A stretch of DNA of 64,000 bases from Candidatus Poribacteria bacterium (GTDB lineage: Bacteria > Poribacteria > WGA-4E > WGA-3G): positions 480,001-544,000 of the forward strand of contig CBDANF010000003.1 of assembly GCA_965197475.1 (NCBI GenBank), given 5' to 3'. The position numbers were made by a program, and so were the translations under genes. This document shows, one piece after another, positions 1 to 10,803 of the stretch (positions are counted from its first letter, which is position 1; each line of letters begins with the position of its first letter). The notes under the pieces were generated by a model. That model saw only the letters and a list, made by a program, of their open reading frames with translations, had not been told where the DNA came from and ran no database searches.

Positions 1-2
1 CC

Positions 3-212
3 TGTGGGCAATATGTCGCTTGCAGTCCTGATACGTGGGCACTTGAAGGGTATATATGTGTATGGGATATCCGCAAAGGAACTGAACCTATTGTCACGTT
101 TGAGGTGAAAGAAGGCATATCCTCTCTTGAATTTTCAGCTGATAGTACACTTTTAGCAAGTGCCGGCACCAGTGGTGCCATTCTACTTTGGGACATGAAA
201 CCCTATCTTTAA
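3..212 (+). CDS. WD40-repeat protein, C-terminal fragment (runs off window start)
   Basis: Manual translation CGQYVACSPDTW...FSADSTLLASAGTSGAILLWDMKPYL*; same C-terminal tail as the downstream WD40 paralogues. Confidence 0.85.
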   Translation, partial: CGQYVACSPDTWALEGYICVWDIRKGTEPIVTFEVKEGISSLEFSADSTLLASAGTSGAILLWDMKPYL

Positions 213-250
213 CGTGAGATCGGTATAAGCAAATTTTTGTAGTTATGTAT

Positions 251-390
251 AGCCCCAGCGGGGCGAAAGGTGTATATGTGCACCTATTGTAAGACACCTC
301 ATGCAGCATGCCATACGCGCATGCTGCCCCGCTGGGGTTCAAGAGTGTGTCTAACACCGTTTTCTGGACACATTCCGCACCGCTGGTGCT
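251..390 (+). repeat. ~140-bp REP/REPIN-like repeat (GCCCCAGCGGGGCG family)
   Basis: Near-identical reverse-complement copy at 24001-24139; partial copy at ~2860-2905; related hairpins at 47335-47400 and ~43910. Confidence 0.85.
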
Positions 391-711
391 GCGTTCTTCA
401 CAAATCAACACCTTTTTGTCATAAAACACACACTAAATTGACGCTTATGGTGTGATAAGGAAACCGCATCTACCGGGATTGGGAAAATTAGAATTAGAAG
501 TCATATTGAGTTAAACATAAGGATGTGTTAAAATAGGGAAAGAGAAGGGTGGACTTTATGTCCCATTCTTTCTACTTCAGACATCTATTTACTTTGAGTT
601 CTTAGCTCTTACTCGCTATAAGTTCTTACCGAAAGAATAAATTAATTTTCATACAGATTGTGCTACAAAGATAGCAACTTGCGTTATCTTTAGAAACAAG
701 GAAACAATATT

Positions 712-2772
712 ATGCAAGATCGAGGACCAGCAGCTTTTAATGTTATTGCGAGTGACCCTACGGGAAACACCTGGGCATTACCACAAGACGCAATTGCACG
801 ATTTGGAAAAGGGGACCAAGGAGATGTCAAACTTTCTCCCGATGGCACATATTTCGCTGTTGGAACAGGGTTAGGACTTTGGTGGTATGACGTGTCGTCA
901 ATGTCACCGATTTCGTTATGGGAAACGGAACGCGGATTGATTAATTCTCTCGACTTTTCTCATGATGGTAAGTGGATTGTTACTTATAACTCGGATGGTA
1001 TTCTTAAGGTGATGGATGTTCAAAGTGGTGAATGTATTTATCAAATGGAAGATCAATGGGCTTTCCACGGAATTGCCTTTTCGCCTAACGGAGATCGAAT
1101 TGCGATTGCCGGAGAAGGCATTAAGGTGTTGGATATGCAGCGCGGCATGTGCATCGCACAAATGGATCAGGAGTCACATGAAGATGAGTCAAGTCACGTT
1201 CATCAACTCACCTTTTCTCCGAATGGACAGTATGTTGCATCTGAAGTTATAAATTCTAAGGTATATTCGGATGATGGCGAACTTCTTAATCCTGAAACAG
1301 CGGGAAATCAAACTCATATCTGGGATTCAGAGACAGGAACACAGCTTGCAAAGTTTCCGAGTGAAAGGTTTGCTTTTTCCCCAGATAGCCGCCTGTTAGT
1401 GTATGCAGCACCTGACGATAACAATCCTGATAGTGTTGACTGCTGCGTTTCGATATGGAATATAGCTGCCAAAGAACGGGTTGCCCACTTTATAGGGCAT
1501 AGTGATTATATTAATGAAATTATCTTTTCACCTTGTGGGCAATTCGTTGTATCAAACCGTAAAACGCTACGGTTGTGGGATATGGCAGCGGGGAAACAGA
1601 AATCCGCTTTTTCGCTGCCAACCGACGACGAGATCGAGTTTGTCCGTCCAGAACCGATCTACTCATCAGAAGGCGTGCTACATGCCAAAGTGATTAACTT
1701 TGACGCACGGGTTATTGAAGTGTGGAACGTAGAACGCAGCGAAAAATTACAGACACTTGAATGGTCTCATGGCATAGGAGGCGAGTACTTTGCCTTATGT
1801 CCTGATTTGGTTATCACATACGCGTTATCTTCCAATCGCACGGATGGTAAAACACACACATTTCCTGCACTACGCGAACCTCGTTTCCCGTGGCCGGAGG
1901 CGATGGCCGTTTGGCTGGATGATCAGACGCTCGCAAGTAGGAGCATTAGACAAGGTATCGTTTTATGGGATATTCCGCAAAAACGCGTCCGGGAAACATT
2001 GATGGATGACAAAAATTTTGACTATTTTACTATTTCGTCTCGCGGAAGTATCTTGGCTATGGAAATTGGTGAGACAACCAAGGTATGGGATGTTGATGTG
2101 TCTGGTAAACCGATCGCGGAGTTCACCATACCACCTGATGACTTGATGCTTCACAGAGGCAAGTTCGCCCCTACAGGCGACCAGTTTGCCACTGCAAATA
2201 GAAATGGCGCGTTTTATGTGTGGCATTTCGGAACCTCGGAGCATCCGACAAAGTTCACGGGACATACAGACCGTGTTGAATCAATAGCGTTTTCCCCAAA
2301 TGGAAGGATGCTTGTGAGCGGGGCATTTGACAACACTACACGTTTGTGGGATGTTGCGTTGGGCAAAGAAATTGCCACATTGCCTGTAGACGTATCTCTT
2401 ACAACAAGGGCAATAAAATTCTCGCCTTGTGGTAACATAATAGCTGGAGGGTTGGGCAGCGAAATCCGTTTGTGGTGTACTGAGCAACTTACAACATTAC
2501 GCACAATACCACAGCCAGACAACAACCAACGGACTTATGCACTCGCTTTTTCACCGCGTGGCAATTATCTCGCATCGGGAACTTGGTGGGAGAAGGGCAT
2601 GCAAAAAATGGCTATCCGGTTATGGGACGTTGCTACAGGTGAGAATATCCATACTTTCTGGGGGCATAACTCGGACGTGCAATCACTTGCATTTTCACCA
2701 AACGGCACAATGCTGGCGAGTGGTAGTTTTGATGGCACAATCTTGATCTGGGATCTAAAACCGTATCTGTAG
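712..2772 (+). CDS. WD40-repeat (double beta-propeller) protein
   Basis: Many FSPDG / GH..V..AFSP..LASGS.D.T..LWD repeats; N-term TWALP..AIARFG; C-term WDLKPYL. Confidence 0.92.
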   Translation: MQDRGPAAFNVIASDPTGNTWALPQDAIARFGKGDQGDVKLSPDGTYFAVGTGLGLWWYDVSSMSPISLWETERGLINSLDFSHDGKWIVTYNSDGILKVMDVQSGECIYQMEDQWAFHGIAFSPNGDRIAIAGEGIKVLDMQRGMCIAQMDQESHEDESSHVHQLTFSPNGQYVASEVINSKVYSDDGELLNPETAGNQTHIWDSETGTQLAKFPSERFAFSPDSRLLVYAAPDDNNPDSVDCCVSIWNIAAKERVAHFIGHSDYINEIIFSPCGQFVVSNRKTLRLWDMAAGKQKSAFSLPTDDEIEFVRPEPIYSSEGVLHAKVINFDARVIEVWNVERSEKLQTLEWSHGIGGEYFALCPDLVITYALSSNRTDGKTHTFPALREPRFPWPEAMAVWLDDQTLASRSIRQGIVLWDIPQKRVRETLMDDKNFDYFTISSRGSILAMEIGETTKVWDVDVSGKPIAEFTIPPDDLMLHRGKFAPTGDQFATANRNGAFYVWHFGTSEHPTKFTGHTDRVESIAFSPNGRMLVSGAFDNTTRLWDVALGKEIATLPVDVSLTTRAIKFSPCGNIIAGGLGSEIRLWCTEQLTTLRTIPQPDNNQRTYALAFSPRGNYLASGTWWEKGMQKMAIRLWDVATGENIHTFWGHNSDVQSLAFSPNGTMLASGSFDGTILIWDLKPYL

Positions 2773-2777
2773 AATTA

Positions 2778-3174
2778 CTATAGTTTGGACAATTTTTAGA
2801 GTTCCTGTGTGATAGTCAGTTAATAGAAACACCTCAGCATCAATAGAAGTTTCACTGATACACCTCATGCAGCATGCCATACGCGCATGCTGCCCCGCTG
2901 GGGCTGATTATGGTTAAGCTATCGTTTTCTATACACCTGTCACCCCGCTGGGGCTGATGTTTTTCTTATATCCTTTATATTTTGTGAGATTTAGCTGATT
3001 GAAGAAACTCGTAGAAAAGGACCTTAGAGCAGCCCCACCGGGGTGGAATGTGTATAGTAGCATGATGGACACATGGATAAAGCCCCAGCGAGGCGACAGG
3101 TGCACAGCATTTTGACTGGACTCATAGTATCTCAACAGTTGACTTGAATAGTTTGTCCATTGTCTAAACTATAG
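2778..3174. mobile_element. MITE with 16-bp TIR (CTATAGTTT[G/A]GACAAT) and 10-bp TSD, carrying REP hairpins
   Basis: TGTAGAATTA directly repeated at 2768-2777 and 3175-3184, flanking the inverted ends. Confidence 0.85.
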
Positions 3175-3195
3175 TGTAGAATTAAAGGTGATAAT

Positions 3196-5253
3196 TTGAT
3201 GAAAGACGGAAAATTAGGGACTCATACACCGGTAGCGGCAGACGTAGGCGACGTAACCACCTGGGCACTTCCCGAAGGCGCGATTGCTCGCTTGGAGCGC
3301 GGTGGTGTGTGTGACATGGCATTCTCCCCAGATGGGCACTATCTCGTTATCGCAACCAAGATAGGCATCTGGTGGTACGAAATGACAACCATGTCGCCTG
3401 TCGCACTGTGGGACATGGAACGAGGGATGGTTGGCAGTGTTGTCTTTTCGCCCAACGGGAAATGGATTGCTACCAGCAATTGGGATAAGGTCCTAAAGGT
3501 GTGGGATGTGCAACGCGGTGTGTGCGTGACGCAGATAGAACTTGGGTTCTGGGATTCTTTCGCCTTTTCTTCTGACAACCGATGGCTTGCTATCGGCAAC
3601 CGTGACACCGCAACCATCAAAATCTATCATCCAGAAACCGGAGAAACGCTTACAAAATTTATCGGTGAAGCCAAAAAAGGAGGTAGTTATATGCCTATCG
3701 CATTTTCGCCCGATACTTGCTTGTTAGCGTCCACGAGTCGTGACGATCCAGATGACGGTGCTGAATCTATAGTTGTGTGGGATGTAGGGAGCGGTGAGCA
3801 AATTTCCTGCCTCACAGAAGACACTCGCTGCGTTTACCATCTCTGCTTTTCGCCGTGTGGGCGGTTCCTTACCTCCGGCGGGGCAGAAAATGGTACGGTC
3901 CACGTCTGGGATGCAGATAATTGGAAACTGGTGAAGGTGTACACAGGTTACGGCGAGTCTCAAATGATCCCCTCCTATTCGTCGGAGGGTGTTATCCATA
4001 CTGCAGTGGTATCCTCTGATGATAATATCGCCACCGTGTGGAACCTAGAAAAGACAGAGAAACTTTACACTGCGAATTCAGAGGGAACAGTGGCATTTGC
4101 AAACGGTTCACAGCTGGCCTACCAATACGGACATCAATTCTTAGAGGTATGGACTATGGATAATCCACACCCGCGTCGAACCATCCAGACACATCTTTCG
4201 TTTGTAGACACATCCAATTCATTAGCATTTTTACCGGATGGAAAAACATTAGCAGCTGAGTACCGGTATGGTCCCGCGCTGTTATGGGATATTACAAGTA
4301 AGCAGTCGCAACTTGCAATCAACGCAAATTCGGAAGAAAAAAAGCAGTATTTGTATACATCTCCTGATGGAAAAAGTTATATTGCCTGTATCAACAAAAA
4401 CATTATCAGATTATGGGAAATTGGAGACGATGCGATCCCGATTTTTGAGTTCACGGAACATGAGAAGGAATGGGACGTATGGGTACGGCCGGGATTCGTG
4501 TCTACGGTTAATCTGCTTGCATGCGCGGATCAAGAGGGCAGCTTGATAGTATGGGATGTGCAAAACGGAGACACATTTTGCAAGATGACACCCCCGCTTC
4601 GTGAAGTTGACTCCTATGGAAGCCCTGATTCCTACGAAATTTGCTTGATCAAGTTCAGTGCAGACGGGAGGTTCCTTGCCAGTGAAGCACATTGTGATAT
4701 TCCAAATGTCCGACTGTGGGATGTGAAACGAGGCACAGAGATTGCCGAGTTTCCAACAGATAAAATTGTGGGTATCAAAGGCTTTTCTCCGTGTAGTGCA
4801 TATCTGGTTTGCAAATCGGTAAAAACATCAGATATTTTACTATGGGATGTCGAGCGTCGCGAAATTTTCACGACAGTACAGGGTGGAGGAAAATCTGAGT
4901 TCGCCTATTCTCTGTGTGGTTCGTATATAGCTTGGGGTGGCGAAGAAGATATTCTGCTATGGAATGTCAAACGTCGTGAGATTCATAAGCGGATCTCCCT
5001 ATCGGAGTGTGAGTGGACACATACCTTGGCGTTTTCTCGATGTGGGCAATACCTCGCCTTTGGGGCTGAGTGGCACAAAACAGAGAAGGTTCCAGTAAAG
5101 TTATGGGAGGTTGAGACAGGTAAACATATTGTCACATTCTGGGGACACACAACGGATGTACAAGCAGTCGCTTTTGCACCGAATAACGAACTTTTAGCAA
5201 GCGCGAGTTTTGATGGTTCTATTATCCTCTGGGACCTGAAACCCTATCTGTAA
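3196..5253 (+). CDS. WD40-repeat protein
   Basis: VTTWALPEGAIARL N-term, WD40 repeats, TFWGHTTDVQ...LWDLKPYL. Confidence 0.92.
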   Translation: MMKDGKLGTHTPVAADVGDVTTWALPEGAIARLERGGVCDMAFSPDGHYLVIATKIGIWWYEMTTMSPVALWDMERGMVGSVVFSPNGKWIATSNWDKVLKVWDVQRGVCVTQIELGFWDSFAFSSDNRWLAIGNRDTATIKIYHPETGETLTKFIGEAKKGGSYMPIAFSPDTCLLASTSRDDPDDGAESIVVWDVGSGEQISCLTEDTRCVYHLCFSPCGRFLTSGGAENGTVHVWDADNWKLVKVYTGYGESQMIPSYSSEGVIHTAVVSSDDNIATVWNLEKTEKLYTANSEGTVAFANGSQLAYQYGHQFLEVWTMDNPHPRRTIQTHLSFVDTSNSLAFLPDGKTLAAEYRYGPALLWDITSKQSQLAINANSEEKKQYLYTSPDGKSYIACINKNIIRLWEIGDDAIPIFEFTEHEKEWDVWVRPGFVSTVNLLACADQEGSLIVWDVQNGDTFCKMTPPLREVDSYGSPDSYEICLIKFSADGRFLASEAHCDIPNVRLWDVKRGTEIAEFPTDKIVGIKGFSPCSAYLVCKSVKTSDILLWDVERREIFTTVQGGGKSEFAYSLCGSYIAWGGEEDILLWNVKRREIHKRISLSECEWTHTLAFSRCGQYLAFGAEWHKTEKVPVKLWEVETGKHIVTFWGHTTDVQAVAFAPNNELLASASFDGSIILWDLKPYL

Positions 5254-5268
5254 ACGCAAGGAGATATT

Positions 5269-7254
5269 TTGATGCCAAACAAAAATTTAGTAATTCCGCC
5301 ATCTGTTAGTGTGAGCGGAGATGATGTAACAACCTGGGCACTTCCCGAAGGTGCCATCGCCCGTTTGGGACGAGGCGATGTAAATGATATTGCATTTTCG
5401 CCAAATGGACAGTATCTCGCAGCTGCCACAGACATAGGGATTTGGTTGTATACATTGCCTACGCTATCCCCTGTAGCGTTATGGGATACAGAAAACGGGC
5501 ATACCGAAGTTGTCACATTTTCACCTGATAGTCGTTGGATTGCTGCTTACAGTAATAATGAAGAAACTTTAAAGATTTGGGATATTCAAATAGGTGTATG
5601 CTTAGCCCAAATGGCAGATTCATATCAACCGGGTAGTTGCCGTCCCATCTTTTCACAAGATGGCAAGTACCTTTTTGGTCGGTCTCTCCAGTGGTATGCA
5701 CAAACCGGTGAATTATATGACAAAATTGAATTATGGCACCCACATCCTACCAACGCCGCTGTCTCTTCCACCTTTTCTTCAGATGGAAGTCTGATCATAG
5801 CAGAGAGATTTGACTCCAATAATGATCACACAGAGATTGTTGTATGGGACGTGGAGTCTGGCGAACAAATTGCCTGCCTCAGTGAAAAACGTGAAAGACA
5901 CGATTTAGTATGGTGGAATCCCTGCTTTTCTCCGTGCGGACGCTATCTTGCTGCTGGTGATTGTGATGGAACAATCCGAGTTTGGGAACTTGAAAACGGA
6001 ACATTGCTGAATACTTACACCGACTACGGAGACGCGAAGATGTATCCGTGCTATACACCAATGGGGAATCTGATTGCCGCATCAATACTTCCGCAAAAGG
6101 TCGAAGTATGGAATGTAGAAAAACACGAAAAACTTGATGAGTTTGAACTTAACGGGGAATATGTTTCACGACATCGCGTCCGTTTTTCAGACGATGGCAC
6201 ACAACTTGCGGTGTCAATACCAAACGCACTCTTCCTCTGGACAAAAGAAAAAAATGGATGTCGTCCACTCACTATACTTAATGGACATACAGATACTGCA
6301 GATTGCCTTGCCTTCTCATCCGATGGAAAAACGTTAGGAGCTGCATATTGGGATGCAAACGTTATCTTATGGGATGTGGCAAGCAAGCGTGCACAACGCC
6401 CAGGTGGAGAAAAACTGCGCGGGACAGCACATGCTGTTTATCTTTCTGCCAATGGTCAATTCATTTCTACTGGCGGAGACGATAAAGATACCCTCTGGAT
6501 TTCAGAGATTGGAAATCCTCAACTAGTAGCAGAATTCACCGCACCTTGGATTGGGACAAATTATTCTAAGACATACTCGCTTACTGCTCAAAGGTTAGCA
6601 AGCTCCGATGGTGAATATAATATCCACATTTGGGAGTATATACAGCCTTCCCTAAGTAAAACAGAGGAACAGGGTTGGAGAAAACATACTACGCTCATCG
6701 GGCACACGGCACCTGTTAGGTCGTTGGCGTTTAGTCCGAATGGAAAACAACTCGCGAGTATCTCATGTTCAACAGAAGAGCGAAGCACCCGTAACGCCCG
6801 ATTGTGGGATATTAATGATGGCAAGCAAATTGCAGAATTATCCTTACCACCTTTTTTGAATCAAATGGAGAGTTTTCGTGGATGGGATATGAGAATAGCG
6901 TTTTCACCGCGTGGCGATTTAATTGCCGGAGGACAGTGGGGAGAGATTGTGTTATGGAATGCGACAACTGGTCAAATACACATGACATTGCCACAACCGG
7001 AAGACAGTCAAAGACCCATTACGTTGTGCTTTTCACCGTGTGGAAAATATTTAGCATCTGGCGCGTGGTGGCAACCTGAGTTAAAACTGGTATCAATCCG
7101 TTTGTGGGAAATTGCGAGTGGTGAAAATATCGCTACTTTTTGGGGACATACGACCGATGTTCAGGATCTTCAATTTACATCGGATGGTGCTGTTCTCGCA
7201 AGTGCAGGGCATGATGGTGTAATCTATCTTTGGGATCTGAAACCTTATCTGTAA
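5269..7254 (+). CDS. WD40-repeat protein
   Basis: Same architecture; RBS AAGGAG upstream. Confidence 0.92.
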   Translation: MMPNKNLVIPPSVSVSGDDVTTWALPEGAIARLGRGDVNDIAFSPNGQYLAAATDIGIWLYTLPTLSPVALWDTENGHTEVVTFSPDSRWIAAYSNNEETLKIWDIQIGVCLAQMADSYQPGSCRPIFSQDGKYLFGRSLQWYAQTGELYDKIELWHPHPTNAAVSSTFSSDGSLIIAERFDSNNDHTEIVVWDVESGEQIACLSEKRERHDLVWWNPCFSPCGRYLAAGDCDGTIRVWELENGTLLNTYTDYGDAKMYPCYTPMGNLIAASILPQKVEVWNVEKHEKLDEFELNGEYVSRHRVRFSDDGTQLAVSIPNALFLWTKEKNGCRPLTILNGHTDTADCLAFSSDGKTLGAAYWDANVILWDVASKRAQRPGGEKLRGTAHAVYLSANGQFISTGGDDKDTLWISEIGNPQLVAEFTAPWIGTNYSKTYSLTAQRLASSDGEYNIHIWEYIQPSLSKTEEQGWRKHTTLIGHTAPVRSLAFSPNGKQLASISCSTEERSTRNARLWDINDGKQIAELSLPPFLNQMESFRGWDMRIAFSPRGDLIAGGQWGEIVLWNATTGQIHMTLPQPEDSQRPITLCFSPCGKYLASGAWWQPELKLVSIRLWEIASGENIATFWGHTTDVQDLQFTSDGAVLASAGHDGVIYLWDLKPYL

Positions 7255-7270
7255 AACGCAAGGAGATATT

Positions 7271-9493
7271 TTGATGCAAGACAAAAAAATAGTAGTACCT
7301 GCACCAGCCGGTGTCGGTGGAGATGATGTCACTACCTGGGCATTGCCTGAAGGTGCAATTGCCCGTTTGGGTAGAGGTCAGATAGGTAGAATGGCATTTT
7401 CGCCAGATGGAACACACCTTGCTGTTCCGACACGTATCGGTTGCTGGTTGTATGACCTTGGGACAATGACACACCGCGCACTTTGGGGGACAGAACGGGG
7501 GATGGTAGCAACCATTTCATTCTCTGACGATGCGCGATGGACTGCTACTAGCGACTGGGATGGTGTTGTGAAGATATGGGACACACAAAACCTACAATGT
7601 GTCGCAGAAATAGATGTGTCCGAAGATTCCGATGCTGTAAGAGCGTCGGCTAACAATCTCACCATTTTACCTGATGGACAACACTTAGCTATGTACTACG
7701 TTGACGTATATCCCGACCAGACTCCGAAATTCTACAGCAGACAGTGTGCTGTCTACGCTTGGCGTACAGACACTGATACCCCTATCACAAACTACACTGC
7801 AAAGTCTAAACGGGAAGGAGGTAACGTTAGTCCTATAGCAATTTCGCCTGATGGTAGTCTTTTTGCATACACACCTGAGGCAAACATGACATCCGTTATC
7901 TGTATGGAGACAGGCGAACAGATTGCAGAACTACATGATGATTACATCGGACAATCTGAGAAAGGATGTCACAGGCTCGTTTTTTCTCCCTGCGGAAAGT
8001 ATCTTGCCGCCTGTAACAAGGGAAACAAGGTGCATGTGTGGAATGTACATAACGGCACTTTGGAAATGGAACCGATGGAATATGGCGGCGATAGCTACAT
8101 AAAATTTGGCATACCTTTCTATACGTCGGATGGTACTTTACGGGTTGCTGGTATCGGAGGTATTGAGGTCGTATTATGGGATGCAGCTCAGCAGAATACG
8201 ATAGATACCTTTGAATCTTGGATTCCGTCTAATATAAGTGCCTGTTTTTCAACAGATGGCACACGGTTTGCAGTCGCTAATGGACGCGGCGAACTTCACC
8301 TCTGGACAGAAGGGACATCAGCAGCACTTGCATCTCTCCCTGTACATCATCAGAACGTTAATCCAGAGAACGTTAATCCAGTAAGGTTTTCTAACGATAG
8401 CCATAGATTGGTAAGTAACCACAAAACCCGCTCTGCAATCTGTGTATGGAATGTTAAGCGGCGACAAGTGGAACGTACATTCCATTTCCAAACCCGGAAT
8501 CCTAACGTTCCAGGTTCCATAGTTCTATCAAACAGTCTTGAACTTCTGGCTACCACTGAAGAGAGTGAAAATTCCATTAAAGTTTGGAATCTCTTGTCCA
8601 AAACCCAAGTTACAGAATTCGCCGAAAACCCCACGCGAGTGCGTAATATGGTTTTCTCTCCCACAGAAGAATATCTCGTCACCGCGGGACTCCGCAGATC
8701 TATTAAAGTTTGGCATGTTGCGTCCGGCACGCAAATCGCAGAACTTCCCAGAAACCCGTCGTCACATGTGTCTAAGATAGGGTTCTCACCTACAGGAGAA
8801 TACTTCGTCATCATCTATGGAGACAGTATCGCTGTGTGGGATACTTCGCGGTGGGAGAACCTCCATCAAGCGTCTCTTACACCACAGCAGAAACGTCCGG
8901 GTTGGAAATTGGTGTTTCACTCAAACGGTAAACACTTTTTCACTATTCCACCAGAGGACGTTACCCTCGTCTGGGATTTCAAAAGCGGGAATCAAATCGG
9001 CTCGCTTGATACAACAACATGCATAGATCCATCTTTATATAAAGGCATGCCGCAAGATATTCAACGTGTCCAAGAACAACAGAAAAAAGGTCACCGTCGC
9101 ATCCGGGCACTCCAAACCTCTTCTCACCATAACCTCATCGCTGCTGGAATGCGGAGCGAAATTAGAGTGTGGGACGCAACTACCTTAGAAGAGTGCATGG
9201 CACTTATCCCGCCTATAGGATGTCAGATGCCTTACGCGCTTGCATTTTCACCATGCCTCAACTACCTCGCCTCCGGTTCTCGATGGCAAGAGAATCCACG
9301 GTGGGAAAAGGAACAGAAAAAGACATCTATCCGTTTGTGGGATATTGCCACTGGTGAAAATGTCCACACATTTTGGGCACACTCTTCCGATGTCTTATCG
9401 CTAGATTTTTCACCAGATGGAAATCTCTTAGCAAGCGGCAGTTATGATGGCAGTATCCTGCTTTGGGATATGAAACCATTCATCGGTTCTTAA
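7271..9493 (+). CDS. WD40-repeat protein
   Basis: Same architecture; ends LWDMKPFIGS. Confidence 0.92.
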   Translation: MMQDKKIVVPAPAGVGGDDVTTWALPEGAIARLGRGQIGRMAFSPDGTHLAVPTRIGCWLYDLGTMTHRALWGTERGMVATISFSDDARWTATSDWDGVVKIWDTQNLQCVAEIDVSEDSDAVRASANNLTILPDGQHLAMYYVDVYPDQTPKFYSRQCAVYAWRTDTDTPITNYTAKSKREGGNVSPIAISPDGSLFAYTPEANMTSVICMETGEQIAELHDDYIGQSEKGCHRLVFSPCGKYLAACNKGNKVHVWNVHNGTLEMEPMEYGGDSYIKFGIPFYTSDGTLRVAGIGGIEVVLWDAAQQNTIDTFESWIPSNISACFSTDGTRFAVANGRGELHLWTEGTSAALASLPVHHQNVNPENVNPVRFSNDSHRLVSNHKTRSAICVWNVKRRQVERTFHFQTRNPNVPGSIVLSNSLELLATTEESENSIKVWNLLSKTQVTEFAENPTRVRNMVFSPTEEYLVTAGLRRSIKVWHVASGTQIAELPRNPSSHVSKIGFSPTGEYFVIIYGDSIAVWDTSRWENLHQASLTPQQKRPGWKLVFHSNGKHFFTIPPEDVTLVWDFKSGNQIGSLDTTTCIDPSLYKGMPQDIQRVQEQQKKGHRRIRALQTSSHHNLIAAGMRSEIRVWDATTLEECMALIPPIGCQMPYALAFSPCLNYLASGSRWQENPRWEKEQKKTSIRLWDIATGENVHTFWAHSSDVLSLDFSPDGNLLASGSYDGSILLWDMKPFIGS

Positions 9494-9546
9494 GGTATAT
9501 ATAGATATAGATTTAACTCAGTCCAAGAGAAAATAAAGGAGGTTTA

Positions 9547-10803
9547 ATGATGTCAAACATTTCAGATGAAAGATTGATAGTCGCCGCGGTGAAAGATGGT
9601 GATTCCGATGCAATGGAAGAACTGAAAAAACGAGCAATATTTGGGAAATATGGGATACGTGCTATTCTCAAAAGAAAGCAGTGGCAGTTTTCTGATGAAG
9701 AAATAAAAAGTCTTGAAGAAAAAATACTTGACCGTATATCCAATACTTTACCTAGTTATAGTTACACAGTTACTTTCCAAATATGGGTTTTTCGTATTAC
9801 TATCAACAGGGCTGCACTATATAAAGAGAATAATGCTGAGGAAACTATAGATAATACCCAGAACGAGGTAGATCAGTCGAAAGTTCCACCTATAAATAGC
9901 CATACCCCCGAAAAACCTAAGCACCCTCCTCTGGAACAAATTGACTTTGAGATTCGTTCCGTTGTAAGTTTGCTGAACCAATCCCCTGACATACAAACGT
10001 TCACTTCCTGTAGTGGACATCCAGATCAGAAGGTATGGGAAAGAAAACGCAGATGGGTTCAGAATGGTGGGTGGATTGGGATAAGCCCCACCGGGGACCC
10101 GCGTAGTGCCTTGGATTTCCTTGTCAGTATGCTGGCGAGATTGGATAACACACATGCCCTGAATACAACTGAAACCATTTCAACCGATGAAATTCACGAG
10201 CGATACAAGCAAGCAGACGCAGAAGCGTTGTTTTGTTCCGGTGGACCTATTGTAATTGTAGATGTTTCACTTCGCTTTTTTGCTTCTCATCGTGAAGTGG
10301 AACAACGTTTACAAATCTGGAAACAATTCACTACTTGCATAAAAGAGTTGATACCAGATAACGAGGAAATTACTACTGAAGTTGACACACCAGAGATGGC
10401 AGCACAACTAATGCAAAATGTACTTCATCGGTCACCTTTCCTATATAGTGTCAGACTTGAGACAAGCCGTGAGGGATTTCTCGGTATTGCCATGAAAACA
10501 GTAGCAGATCTCCCTTTATTACGATGGTATTCAATGTTATCAAAACGGCTGCATGAACACCTTGATGCAGCAGAACATGTGCTGCCTCCAGACACACAAC
10601 AGACTACACCATCTACTATGAAATGGAGTTTCCGTTTACGACCATTTCTAAACCAGGAATTGATGCCATTGCCGCATCTGTTAACTCCACAATGGGATCC
10701 ACGCACCCGTGAAGACCATCTGAAGATTTGGCAACTCCTTGAGTTAGCGGTTGCGGAACAACTTGAGTCTGAAAATATTATGGTAATGACTAAAAATATT
10801 TAG
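9547..10803 (+). CDS. Hypothetical protein: ECF sigma region-2-like N-terminus fused to a TYW3-like domain
   Basis: ISDERLI..VKDGDSDAMEEL...FQIWVFRITINRA (sigma-2-like); IDFEIRSVVSLLNQSPDIQTFTSCSGH (TYW3-like motif); strong RBS AAGGAGG. Confidence 0.6.
   Translation: MMSNISDERLIVAAVKDGDSDAMEELKKRAIFGKYGIRAILKRKQWQFSDEEIKSLEEKILDRISNTLPSYSYTVTFQIWVFRITINRAALYKENNAEETIDNTQNEVDQSKVPPINSHTPEKPKHPPLEQIDFEIRSVVSLLNQSPDIQTFTSCSGHPDQKVWERKRRWVQNGGWIGISPTGDPRSALDFLVSMLARLDNTHALNTTETISTDEIHERYKQADAEALFCSGGPIVIVDVSLRFFASHREVEQRLQIWKQFTTCIKELIPDNEEITTEVDTPEMAAQLMQNVLHRSPFLYSVRLETSREGFLGIAMKTVADLPLLRWYSMLSKRLHEHLDAAEHVLPPDTQQTTPSTMKWSFRLRPFLNQELMPLPHLLTPQWDPRTREDHLKIWQLLELAVAEQLESENIMVMTKNI

Noticed and set aside
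3-9493. Diversity-generating retroelement acting on the WD40 genes
   Set aside because: No reverse transcriptase in the window and no TR/VR pair with adenine-specific differences seen.
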